64,000 bases of DNA from contig OZ260662.1 in assembly GCA_965285935.1 (NCBI GenBank), positions 77,128,001-77,192,000 of the forward strand, given 5' to 3'. Shown here piece by piece: positions 1 to 13,700 of the stretch. The stretch is from Ophelia neglecta. Taxonomy: Eukaryota. The notes under the pieces are model-generated. The model was not told the origin of the DNA and searched no databases. It was given only the letters and a program-made list of their open reading frames with translations. Positions within the stretch are counted from its first letter, which is position 1, and every line of letters begins with the position of its first letter. The translations under genes were made by a program, and so were the position numbers.

Positions 1-1620
1 GGTAACTTCTGACAGAAGCTTGAAGTGTTATAATGGCTCCAACTTTAATGAGATATTGTTTTCTCACACGTCTCATCAACATGGTGGCACGCCATCTATT
101 TTGAATAGTAATGGTAGCTTTTTGTCTGTTGTGATATCTCTTTTTCTCCTGCTTTCCACGAACTAAAGATTGCAAGTAAACTATCTTCTTCTTATTATGT
201 AGGAATTGCTTTCTCAGTTGGTGCATTTTAAACACAGATTGTATTTTAATGGCAGCTTTTATCTTCTGGACCTCTCTCCTTGCCCGCCATCCACGATAAC
301 TTCTTTGTATTGTGAGAGCGGAGTGTTTTATATTTTGGTATTCCGTCTGTTGTATCTTAGTTTTCTTACATCCTCTGTACCAGTTCTGTATAACAAGAGC
401 AGCTACTCTCATGGCTCTGTACTTCACCCGTTGATAGCGGCCCTTGATGTGTGCCTGTAGTTTGATAACTCCGGTTCTTGTTGTAAGGTAGTCCTTTCTG
501 GCTTTCCACATTCTCACCTGTGACTGTATTGTAATAATCCTCTGTCTGGTCATTTGGTATGACAGCACAGCCTTTCTTCTCAGGAGATGAGCTCTGTAAT
601 AATGCTGCAATATAACAGTAGCTGATTTTATTCTCAGGAACTCTCTCCGTTTGATCAAACGTCTAGTATGGGTTTGTATGATCAGAGCGGCAGCCTTGGT
701 TCTTAGATACTGTTGTCTTTGCTTGTATCCTAGGTATGCAGCTTGTATTCTGATTGCAGATCTAACTTTGTGGGCATGTCTTCTAGCAATCCTGCCTCTA
801 ACACCAGACTGAAGTGTTATTATTGCTCCAACTTTAATAAGATATTGTTTTCTCACAAGTCTCATCAACATGGTGGCACGCCACCTGTTTTGAATAGCGA
901 TGGTAGCTTTTTGTATTTTTAGATATATTTTCTTCTCCTGCTTTGCCCTGACTAAAGACTGTAAGTAAACTACCTTCTCCTTTTTATGTAGGAAAGTCTT
1001 CCTCAGTCGGTACATTCTAAATACAGATTGTATTTTAATGGCAGCTTTTATCTTCTTGACTTCTCTCCTTGCCCTCCAACCACGATAACATCTTTGTATT
1101 GTGAGAACGGAGTGTTTTATATTTTGGTATTCCGTCTGTTGTATCTTAGTTATCTTACATCCTCTGTACCAGTTCTGTATAACAAGAGCAGCTACTTTCA
1201 TGGCTCTGTACTTCACCCGTTGATAGCGGCCCTTGATGTGTGCCTGTAGTTTGATAACTCCTGTTCTTGTTGTAAGGTAGTCCTTTCTGGCTTTCCACAT
1301 TCTCACCTGTGACTGTATTGTAATAATCCTCTGTCTGGTCATTTGGTATGACAGCACAGCCTTTCTTCTCAGGAGATGAGCTCTGTAATAATGCTGCAAT
1401 ATAACAGTAGCTGATTTAATTCTCAGGAACTCTCTCCGTTTGATCAAACGTCTAGTATAGGTTTGTATGATCAGAGCTGCGGCCTTTGTTCTCAGATACC
1501 GATGTCTTTGCTTGTATCCTTGGTATGCAGCTTGTATTCTGAGTGCAGACCTAATTTTGCGGGCATGTGTCCTAGCAATCATGCCTCTAATGGCAGACTG
1601 GATAATAATTATAGCTTTTC
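1..1620. repeat. In-frame tandem duplication (period 789 bp = 263 codons) inside the ASPM IQ exon
   Basis: tctcatcaacatggtggcacgcca at 71 and 860; gtgcctgtag ends at 460 and 1249; long near-identical stretches. Confidence 0.9.
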
Positions 1621-4600
1621 TTGTCTTCAGGAACTCTTCTTTTTGGTTCTGAGTCAGTTGACAACGTCTATACCAGTTCTCTATAGATATAGCTGACTGT
1701 TTCATTGCTTTGTATTTTATACGCTGGAGCTGACATTTTGCTATAGCTTGAAGCTTTGTGAAGCCATTTCTCATGATCTGGTACTCCTTCCTTGCTCGGT
1801 AGGTCCTGAAAGCAGTTTGTATTTTGACAGCCGCCAACCATCTTCTGTAGTTTTCTCTGGCTTTCATTCCACGATAAGCAGCTTGTATGCAGATGACAGA
1901 CTTCCGTACTTGTTGGTAGCCAATCCTCTGTCTTTTGGCTTTCACTGAAGCTCGATACCACCTTTGAATAATCTGAGTGGATTTACATATGACTGCAAAC
2001 TCTGAGGACCTTTTCTTAGCTCTGAATGTTGCCTGCAGTCTTGCAAAACCATTTTTCATCTTGTTATACTTCTTTCTGGCAATATGTCCTCTAATGACTG
2101 CTTGGATATTGATAGCAGCTCCCCTCGTTACATAATATTGCATGCGAAGCTGTCTTCCTGCATTGAGAGCTCTCCATCTCATCTGTACTGTAATGGTGGC
2201 TTCTCTCAGGGTCACATATCTGGCTCTGGACTGCTTGCCTCGGACCAGGCTTTGAATTCTGACACAAGCTTCTTTTTTGTCTAGATAAGATGTTCTTCTA
2301 GAAATCATTCTCCATTGTGCCTGGAGTTTAATGGCTGCCCTCTCTCGTCTAGCCAGGACTCTTGCCTGCATCCCCCTAAAGGCAGACTGTATGATGATCA
2401 CAGCACTCCTTGTTTTAATGTAGTCTTCTTTGATCTTGTTTCTTAGAAGGTGAGCTCTGAAATATTTCTGTATAACTTTGGAGGCATTCTTGGATTGAGA
2501 ATATTTCCTTTGCATTGATGTCTTCCTCCACCATGTTTGCAATTTTATAATTGCAGATCTTGCCTCTTTGTAATGTTTTCTTTGCAGATATCCCTTGCCA
2601 AGAGCTTGACATTTGATCACATAAGCTCTCTCTGACTGGTACTGTGACATGGCTTGTTTTCTCAACAAGTGGCCTCTAAAGTGCTTCTGTATAAGACAAG
2701 CAGACATCTTCAGAGTAATAAAATATTGCCTAGTGATGGTTTTCCTCCAGTTGGATTGAATAACGGTTGCTGCATTCCTGACTCTAGTGTAGTTCCTTCT
2801 TTGAATATAAGACCTAACAACAGCTTGAACTTTGATGACTGACTCTCTATCTGAATGGAATGTATCAACAGCAAGTTTCATTAATCTGTAGTCCCTGAAT
2901 CGGTGTTGGATAGTCATGGCTGCTCTTCTTTGACACTTATACTTTTGCTGACAACTGTACTTTCGCCAAAACGTCTGAAGTACTACCACAGCCGCTTTTA
3001 TTCTCATGAATCTGCTTCTCTGTAGATGAGATCTTACCACTGCCTGTACCTTAATGACTGACAATTTGGTTGAAGAGTAAGAAGCCATGGCTCCTTTTTT
3101 CAGCAGATGAGCTCTGTAGTAATTCTGTATAATTAGGGCAGCTTTTCTCTTGCTCTCGTACTGCTGTAGAGCCTGGTGTCTTCTCCAATTGTTTTGCAGA
3201 ATCACTGCTGCAGATTTCAGCTTCAAGAACTGCATTTTCTGGATGTGGCCTCTATACAGAGCCTGTGCCTTAATGATGTTCTGTCTAATGACCAGATAGG
3301 ATTCTTTTGCTGCTTTCATTTTGAGATATGCCCTGAAATGAATCTGAATCTCTCTCACAGCAAATAGTGTCTTCTGATACTTCTGTCTGAGTATGTAGCC
3401 TCGGAATGTGGCCTGTATTTTGACAGCAGATTGGTTACAGTCCAGTAGCTTTCTCCTGAGTAGCCATCCACGTACTACTGCCTGAATGGTAATAGCTGCC
3501 CCTCTTTTTATATGATACAAATACTGCTGCCTTCTTCCACAGCAGACTGCCCTGTATTGTCTCTGTACAGTAATCACTGTATTCCTTGTTTTGTGGTAAG
3601 ACTTGACAGCCTGGTGTCTTCTGAAGGCACTCTGGATGGTCCTCGCCGCTCTCTGACGTACTGCCAGCTTTCTGGCCTCCTTCCCTCTGAAGAGACTCTG
3701 AGCAAGGACAGCTGCCCTTTTCAGCTTGACATACTGCTGTCTCTGCTGTTTTCCAGTGATCATAGCCCTGACATACTGTTGGATTGTACTGGTGGCTGAA
3801 CAGAGCTGTTGGTATCTTCTTCTCTGTATGATCATCCTGGCTGTGGCTTGGACCTTTACCACTGCCTGATAGATGTAAGCATACTGACAGCGAGCCTGGT
3901 AACCTCTGTAGTGTGACTGGATCACCCTGGCCGCTCTTACTTGGTGAACCAACATCCTGGCTGCTCTGGCCCTGAACATAGACTGGGTTACTATGGCAGC
4001 CTGTTTCAATTTCAAATACTGTCTTCTCTGATACTGGCCACTCAGTGTTGCCCTGAATCTTCTCTGGACTACCAGTGCTGCAGCTCCAAGTTTGACATAT
4101 TTGCTCCTGCATCTGATCATTCTTACCCATGACTGGATTTTATTAGCAGCCATTGTTCTTTTCTTCAAACACTGACGTGCCTTGTAGCCCCGGTAGGCAG
4201 CCTGGATTGTCCTAGCAGCTCTTATCTGCTTGACGTGTTTCCTTGCCCGGTTACCTCGGTGGAGTCTCTGAGCCAGTTGTACAGCATGTTTAAGCTGTGC
4301 GTACTCTGACTTTGCTTGACGTCCACTCACCAGAGCTCTGTACCTTCTCTGAAGGACCACAGTGGCTAACCAGCTCTGCTGGTACTTCTGGCTGGTAAGG
4401 ACCATTTTCACAAAGGCCTGTACCTTTATAACAGCCATTTTGATCTTCTGGTATCTTCTCTTCTCAATCCACATTCTGTACACGGACTGGATGGTCCTAG
4501 CAGCCTTTTGCTGTCGGAGTACTTTTCTTGCCAATAAACACCGGAAAACTGACTGAATTTTGATGGTTGCTTCCCTTAGCTGTTGGTATTGTGCTTGGAC

Positions 4601-4771
4601 TTCTTTTGTCTCTTTGTAGGCCCTGTAATGACTCTGGATACTGTAGGCTGCCATGTGCAGAATGCCGAGATCCCTACGAGCCAGGAAACCTCTCCACACT
4701 GATTGAATGACAGTGGCATACGCACATTGGTACATCCAGTTCTGTCTGTGTAGGAAACCTCGTACATGAGC
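1..4771 (-). CDS. ASPM: ASPM giant IQ-repeat exon (over 4.7 kb; absent from the ORF track because it runs off the edge)
   Basis: Acceptor TACAG|GCTCATGTA at 4771; the frame read at both ends gives [10 protein letters not shown]...SVRSY, with recurring IQ-type motifs; internal ~789-bp duplication. Confidence 0.9.
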
Positions 4772-7700
4772 CTGTAAAAAATATTATCAAAATCAATGCT
4801 TAGATATGATTAACAAAATATTAATGAAATGCTGTTTTTAATTCTAGTTCAATAATTGACATTGGTATGTATATATATCTATATATAATTCTTACCTGAA
4901 TGCAGGTTGCAGCCTCATGTTCCCTCTGTCTTCGTTTGCTGTCTCTCAGATACATGACCGTTTTCTTTGCCCTGTGACATCTCCAGTTGGTCTGAATTAT
5001 GAGAGCCGCAGCGTCTTGTCTTCTTCCTTTGACTTCAGTCAGGTAGGTTCGGAATGCTCTTTGAATTACAATGGCTGCTTCTTGCCTGACCTGATAATAT
5101 GAATAAATCTAGTCATTTGGGTATCAACACTAATCCCTCAACATGGAACACAAGTAAACAATTAGAATATCAATGAAATAGGATTACACTCAGATACATT
5201 GATATTTGCCCAGTCCCATTGTAAACACTACACACCAGAAACATACATGAAATATCAGTCAACTTGAACAATAAAAGTCAAGATTTACTATATATTTCAC
5301 CATGTATTGTTCACACAATATATCATTACTTAGTAACGCTAGAAAGTGATTTCCTATGCAAAGTAACAATATGTTAGGACAAATTATAAACGAAACTTTT
5401 GAAAAAAGGAAATTTGAACAAATTTCATAATTGTGAAAATTTCCTGCTTGCACAAATGTTTTTCTTTAAAGTTCATGTTATAATTATTTTAGTACCTGTT
5501 TGTCTCTGATGCGTTTACGGAGTTGATAATGTCTCCAGGCCGACTGTATGACACGGGCGGCCCTGGTCTCCTGCCTGATGTCCAGCAGGCGAGCACACAG
5601 GTAGGACACATAGGTGATCACCACCTTCTCATCTGGGATGGTGTTAGACATATCAGCTGACTTCAACATCACCGGGATACCCCCGATCTCAGATACCTAC
5701 ATCAAAACCAGGCGATATTTAATCAAATAACCACAAGTTGCTTATTTTTTTTCAAAATATATTGATTTCTATTCAGTATCACAACCAGTTTTGTACCTGA
5801 AAATTAAAGCTCATACCTTTTCGTAGAGAAGTTTGAAATTCTTCTTCTCATTTTCCAGTAACTTTCCATAGTCTGTTGGCCTGCCTGTTGCTGAAAATGA
5901 TACATTAAATTAACTTTAAAGTGGGAAATGTTGAAGAAGATGTTTATTATTTCAGAAGGCCAAGGTAATACGAAAAAAAGACTAATGATATAGACTCTAG
6001 CAGCATGCCATTATTTGACACAAGTGAATTATTTTGCATTAAACTGAGTGTAGTGCTTCCTCCATTAAAACTCTCTTAAACATGATAGGACATACTTGGA
6101 CTGTAAGCCTGTGTCCACAGCCCATCAAAGCTGTCGTCTGCAGACTCATCAGAGTTGATTTCATGGCTACCTTCAATGGTGAGAGTAGTATGTGTGTGGA
6201 TAGCCTCTAGAGGGAGCAGTGAGGGGTGGTAATGGTGTACCAGAAAGCACAGGGCTCGGCCATCGGAGAAGGACACAGTGAAATTTTCAACCTAAAACAA
6301 AACAATGATTACCATGTTCAAGATTGCATAAATAAAAACAGTTTAATACTGACATAAATTTCTGTACAAAGAAGCACAATACATTTCAAGGCAAATAAAT
6401 TAAATTTATATAATTATTATTTGTACAGAGCTCTATCAATATCTGGTTTCCCTTATAGGTTGTATTTTAGCACTGTGCTGAACAGCAATGAATTAGGCCA
6501 AATAAAATTGTAAACTTAAGCCAATTTGGCTAAAATATCTTTTGTAGCTTTGCTTAAACAATGTAGGAAAGGTAAGTTTTAAAAATTAAATTAGAGAAAT
6601 ACTAATGTCAGATTTATTTGGCTAAATTGCTAACATTTGTCTTAGCTAAAAATCAAAATTCTTCTGGACTCTTAAGGGGAACCCAGTATATAGAACAAGA
6701 AAAAAAAAAATAACATAATCTCATCCATACCTCACAGATACCAAAAATGTGGATTATTTTAAAACATAGTGTAAAATTAATTTTAAATAACATCAAAGTT
6801 GTAAAACAAGAATGCCCACCTTCATACTATAGTAGGCACACACAGCTCTGCACCACTTGAGTAAGAGACTCAGTCTGGGACTAGTGAAGTACATATCTGG
6901 GGCTAGAGACTCTCTCTTGCCTCGGGGCAAGCCTAATGAAATATAAACAAATGGAACAGTCAAGTATAGGCTTTGTACACCATCCACCAAAAACAAACAA
7001 GCAAATACAAACTGATGCAATAAATGTAAACAGTTTAGATCTGCCTAGTAGTGTAAATGAAGTCTGATAATAGCAGTCCTAAGCCTTATGTGAAAAAAGT
7101 GGTTGACCATCAAATGACTGATTAATGGTTAAAAACCTACCTAGATCACCATCCATCTCATTCAGAATAGCTTCAAGCCTGGCCTTGACTTTGAAGTTAT
7201 TGGTGAGGAACTGGATTTCTTCTTTTAGTTGTTCCTCATTCAGAAGCAGATCAATTTGAAAGTTGAAGATGATTTTCCACAGCAGGTGTAGTGTTTTCTC
7301 TCGGTGTCCATCTACGATGTCCCGAGAGGATAACTTGCCTCCTGGTATAAACAAACAAATACTTGAATGGACAAATAGGAAAGTAATAATTATCAAAACT
7401 CAATGTGCATACTCTTTTTGATTTTCCCAGCAGGAATCAGGAAAAAAGCAAACCATCATTTTTTCCAATATCAAAGATTTTTCAACATTCTAAGTCATTT
7501 TCATGGTTGGAATAGAATTGGTATAAACTTCTAAGGATCAGGAATTATTAGGGAATTATCTAAATATTGATCTGTTAATACTGTTCTAAGGAAATATTTT
7601 ATCTCAGGTTGTTATGATTACTTGATGGGAAAAAAATCAAACAGTATATGCCTATATAATGTTACCAGATGCATGTTTCTTAAAGAATTTGGTGGAATTG

Positions 7701-10700
7701 TCAAAGATATACAAATAGCACCTAATCAAAATCAATCATTGATGCAGTGTCTGGATAAAAAATTTACCTCATGACTTGGAACACAAGGAAAAATGTAATC
7801 TCTTAATGAATACCATATTAAAATTTTACAGTATATGTACATACAAAATTAGACAAATTATGCTCACAGTTAATTTGTGATGCCCTGTTTGCACATATAG
7901 TTTGATCAAATCATTGACAAATATGTATGTACAATATTTATATCACCAGAACGAAATGTCCATCAAGAAAATAGGAAATAATAAAAAATTCACATGGTTC
8001 AATAGGTTTGATTGTATGATGATGTAGATCATTTGGATCACACTAGAATTGTTCTGAGAACACCAATAATCTGACCTGAGAACACTAATGGTCTGACCTG
8101 AGAACACCAATGGTCTGACCTGAGAATACCAATGGTCTGACCTGAGAGCATCAATAGTCTGACCTGGTGACCAAGGGTTTGAAGTGTCATTAACAAAGCC
8201 AACCAGGGCACAGTTAACATGGTGTTGTAATACAAAAACACAACTGCATTAGATGTGATGGTGTGACATACATGTAAATTGAACAGGAAAGAGATCCAAT
8301 TTTCCCATGTTTTATTGATCTGTCCATAACTTCAACCAAATATATTCTTGAAGATAAGTACTGTAGCCATGAATTGAGGCATCTATTTTGTAATGATTAT
8401 TGGATTCTGTTACCTTAACTACTGTTAAATGACATACTGTGTACCCTTCCTCTTTTTAAACTTAATGTTACTAGCATTGATTGTATGAGTATCACTCTCT
8501 TGGAGGATGTGGTGGCCCTGAAGAGGACCAGGGAGTGTACTCCCAGTAGACAGGGTGTGAGGCTGCCAGGGGTCTCAGCCAAACAGCCAGGGATACTGGG
8601 AGAGGAAGGTCTGGTGGGAGGTGGTGATCTTCTCCATCAATCTGTCCACTTGGCCAGCCAACTTGAGGAGTGAGGAGGAGTGCACACAGCGTTCACTCTC
8701 GTACACCTGAAGCTTGTTCCACACAGGGTAGTAGTGCTTGAGTTCACCATTAAATATCACATCTTCTAGTTTCTTGTTGAGATGATGACACTTTTGGTAG
8801 AGCAGACGCACAAGGCTGAAAAGCCTCTGGATCTTTTTGACAATGGCTCCAGCTTGTCGTGTGGTGTTCAGTATATACTGAGCTGAGAGCTGAGACTTGG
8901 GACTCAGCCTCTCTGTCTGCAGACTGCTGTACACATCAGACAGCTCATCCAGGAAGACGGACACTGTGTCCCAAGGGTTGTCAGTAGGCATGCTCATGGT
9001 GAGTAGAGATCTGATAACAGGAGTGTGACAAGTTGGGAAGCCAAAATGTGTTTGCCCTACCTCTCAAAACCAGCTCACCAAGAAAGGTCTGTCTGATGCC
9101 TCTGATTATTAACCAACCAATCAGTAAAGAGCAGCAGTTTTACACCTTTTCTGATGGATACCAATTAGCAACAAGCAATGGTTGTGGCACCTTCACATCA
9201 AACAGATCATAGAGCCACAAAAATTGGGGTTTGTTTACATCAAAGGACTTCAAGAATGCCCAACTAAATGAAGGAAGCCACTATATTTTGTGGGAAGAGT
9301 TTCAAATTGGAGCAACTAAGGAGAATCTGCTGAACATGATGGCAAGGGGTCCCGGAGTAGATTTCAAGTACTGGAATACTCTCAATGATGAAAATGGTCA
9401 TCTGGACTGCCCTCCCTGGAGTCGCTGATCAGCACTCCTCAAGGAGGGCCCAGAGATTGATATTATGCCAGAAGAAATGCCTGAATCATTCAACCATGAT
9501 GGAACTTAAACCCAAACATAACTAGATGCATTTAAAATGATCTTAAATAAAGAACAGGCGTCTGATTATTATTATTTGATATTTACAAATAAATATTCAT
9601 AAATCACACTTTTAACATCAAAGGCATTTCTTTAGTTCCAACCCATCTTTGATTAGGACATAATGTTTATATCATGTGAACAAGTATGATGGAATTTCCA
9701 TGGATTACAAACAGCATCAAGAAAGGTGTAAAATATATATCACAGTTTTTTTCACATAAGATGATTTATTAAAAAGCATTTAATCACATCAAAGACCAGG
9801 AGGGTGTGAAAATCGATGGATTACAAACAGTCTCAAGAAGGGTGTGTATTACACATCACAGTTTTTTCACACATGATGATTCAATAAAGGCAACAAAACA
9901 CATCAAAGGCCAGGAAAGAGTGAAAAGTCGTGAATCACTATTAAACATAATTTATTGAATAGGTTGTGTAGCCAGGAAACTGTCATATGAAAGTTGCTAT
10001 TTATTACTTTGGTATTCCAACCCAGTCACAGGGGCTGGAAATGATTGATTTCAGTTATTAGGAATAGTAAAGAAACACTGAGTTTTTTTTATTCAACTTG
10101 AGATCATACTTTATGAAAATAAATGCCAAGCTTTTTCGACATGTAATAAAATCTTCAACCTTGCAGATATAAGTTTACTAAAAAAACTTAATAGGGGTCC
10201 AAATGTGGTTAATATAATGCTGTTCAAATTTGTACATCATGGGTAGATAATGCATGTCGCTTAATTACCTAACTTTATAGCAGAATGAACAAAAATAATA
10301 AAATATTTATGGTCAAGATATTTAATGAAATTAATTCATAACCTGAACAGATGAAGGCAAACAGGATTTTGGGTTTAAAGAACAGAAAGTTTGTCTAACA
10401 TAAGGCACGAAGTTTGGAAAATCATGACAATAAAACACCCTGGAACTGTTACTTCATGAACTAGGCAAACATGTCTGAATTATCCTCAACTAGTATTTAT
10501 AACATTTCTAAGCAGAATAATTTTATTTATACCAGCCAGGTTGTCAAACTATTCATAATTAATGTTGATGAGTACCTTTGATACATGTGAATTGAAAATG
10601 AAGGACAATCAATTAATAAGATTCCCATTTATACTGATCTGTCCATAACTTTTAAGATATTACAGAGAATATGTACCATTGCCATGAATGCAGGAATCTA

Positions 10701-13700
10701 CTTTGTGATGATTATTGGATTCTATTATGTTAATTACTGGCAACAGGATTGTTTTTAATTTATCTACCCTTGAAAACGTGTTTTTTTGCAGTTCTCATGA
10801 ATGCCATGTTCTAAATTTCAAAGGTTAATTATCACAGAACTATGTTAATAAATGTGAGTTAATTTAGATAAATTGGTTTCATAATTTGAATTTGGCCATC
10901 ACAGACTCTAATTACTCTTTGTAATCTTATTGTTGCTAGCATTGATTGTATGAGTAAGACCCTCTGGGAGGATGTGAGGGCCCTGAAGAGGACCAGGGAA
11001 TGTACACCCAGTAGACAGGGTGTGAGACTGCCAGGGGTCTCAGCCAAATAGCCAGGGATACTGGGAGACGAAGGTCTTGTGGGAGGTGGTGATCTTCTCC
11101 ATCAATCTGTCTACTTGGCCAGCCAACTTGAGGAGGGAGGAGGAGTGCACACAGCGTTCACTCTCATACACCTGAAGCTTGTTCCACACAGGGTAGTAGT
11201 GCTTGAGTTCACCATTAAATATCACATCTTCTAGTTTCTTGTTGAGATGACGACACTTCTGGTATAGCAGACGCACAAGGCTGAAAAGCCTCTGGATCTT
11301 TTTGACAATGGCTCCAGCTTGTCGAGTGGTGTTCAATATGTACTGAGCTGAGAGCTGAGACTTGGGACTCAGCCTCTCTGTCTGCAGACTGCTGTACACA
11401 TCAGATAGCTCATCCAGGAAGACGGACACTGTGTCCCAAGGGTTGTCAGTAGGCATGCTCATGGTGAGTAGAGATCTGGTAACAGGAGTGTGACAAGTTG
11501 GGAAGCCAAAATGTGTTTGCCCTACCTCTCAAAACCAGCTCACCAAGAAAGATCTGTCTGATGCCTCTGATTATTAATCAACCAATCAGTAAAGAGCAGC
11601 AGTTTTACACCATTCTGATGGATACCAATTAGCAACAAGCAATGGTTGTGGCACCTTCACATCAAACAGATCATAGAGCTACAAACATTGGGGTTTGTTT
11701 ACATCAAAGGACTTCAAGAATGCCCAACTAAATGAAGGAAGCCACTGGGAAGAGTTTCAAATTGGAGCAACTAAGGAGAATCTGCTGAACATGATGGCAA
11801 GGGGTCCCGGAGTAGATTTCAAGTACTGGAATACTCTCAATGATGAAAATGGTCATCTGGACTGCCCTCCCTGGAGTCGCTGATCAGCACTCCTCAAGGA
11901 GGGCCCAGAGATTGATATTATGCCAGAAGAAATGCCTGAATCATTCAACCATGATGGAACTTAAACCCAAACATAACTAGATGCATTTAAAATGATCTTA
12001 AATAAAGAACAGGCGTCTGATTATTATTATTTGATATTTACAAATAAATATTCATAAATCACACTTTTAACATCAAAGGCATTTCTTTAGTTCCAACCCA
12101 TCTTTGATTAGGACATAATGTTTATATCATGTGAACAAGTATGATGGAATTTCCATGGATTACAAACAGCATCAAGAAAGGTGTAAAATATACATCACAG
12201 TTTTTTTCACATCAGATGATTTATTAAAAAGCATTTAATCACATCAATGACCAGGAGGGTGTGAAAATCGATGGATTACAAACAGTCTCAAGAAGGGTGT
12301 GTAATACACATCACAGTTTTTTCACACATGATGATTCAATAAAGGCAACAAAACACATCAAAGGCCAGGAAAGAGTGAAAAGTTGTGAATCACTATTAAA
12401 CATAATTTATTGAATAGGTTGTGTAGCCAGGAAACTGTCATATGAAAGTTGCTATTTATTACTTTGGTATTCCAACCCAGTCACAGGGGCTGGAAATGAT
12501 TGATTTCAGTTATTAGGAAAAGTAAAGAAACACTGAGTTTTTTTTATTCAACTTGAGATCATACTTTATGAAAATAAATGCCAAGCTTTTTCGACATGTA
12601 ATAAAATCTTCAACCTTGCAGATATAAGTTTACTAAAAAAACTTAATAGGGGTCCAAATGTGGTTAATATAATGCTGTTCAGATTTGTACATCATAAGTA
12701 GATAATGCATGTCGCTTAATTATAACTTTATAGCAGAATGAACAAAAATAATAAAATATTTATGGTCAAGATATTTAATGAAATTAATTCATAACCTGAA
12801 CAAATGTAGGCAAACAGGATTTTGGGTTTAAAGAACAGAAAGTTTGTCTAACACAAGGCACAAAGTGTTGAAAAACATGACAATAAAACACCCTGGAACT
12901 GTTACTTCATGAACTCTACTAGGCAACATGTCTGAATTATCCTCAACTAGTATTTATAACATTTCTAAGCAGAATAATTATAATTATACCAGCCAGGTTG
13001 TCAAACTATTCATAATTAATGTTGGTGAGTACCTTTGATATATGTGAATTGAAAATGAAGGACAATCAATTAATAAGATTCTCATTTTTACTGATCTGTC
13101 CATAACTTTTAAGATATTACAGAGAATATGTACTATTGCCATGAATGCAGGAATCTACTTTGTGATGTTTATTGGATTCTATTATGTTAATTACTGGCAA
13201 CAGGATTGTTTTTAATTTATCTACCCTTGAAAAAGTTTTTTTTTTGCAGTTCTCATGAATGCCATGTTCTAAATTTCAAAGGTTAATTATCACAGAAGAA
13301 TGTTAATAAATGTGAGTTAATTTAGATAAATTGGTTTCATAATTTGAATTTGGCCATCACGGACTCTAATAACTCTTTGTAATCTTATTGTTGCTAGCAT
13401 TGATTGTATGAGTAAGACCCTCTGGGAGGATGTGAGGGCCCTGAAGAGGACCAGGGAGTGTACTCCCAGTAGACAAGGGTGTGAGACTGCCAGGGGTCTC
13501 AGCCAAACAGCCGGGGATACTGGGAGAGGAAGGTCTGGTGGGAGGTGGTGATCTTCTCCATCAATCTGTCCACTTGGCCGGCCAACTTGAGGAGGGAGGA
13601 GGAGTGCACACAGCGTTCACTCTCGTACACCTGAAGCTTGTTCCACACAGGGTAGTAGTGCTTGAGTTCACCATTAAATATCACATCTTCTAGTTTCTTG

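Noticed and set aside
206-4767. Numerous short ORFs in the track, including 231 aa at 3435-4130
   Set aside because: Alternative or antisense frames of the ASPM IQ exon.
8055-8170. CRISPR-like array
   Set aside because: Contiguous 22-bp minisatellite with no unique spacers, in a eukaryotic intron.
8425-8577. TGA readthrough or selenocysteine extension of the 140-aa ORF
   Set aside because: The post-stop frame differs between copies because of a 1-nt indel, and no SECIS-like element is visible.
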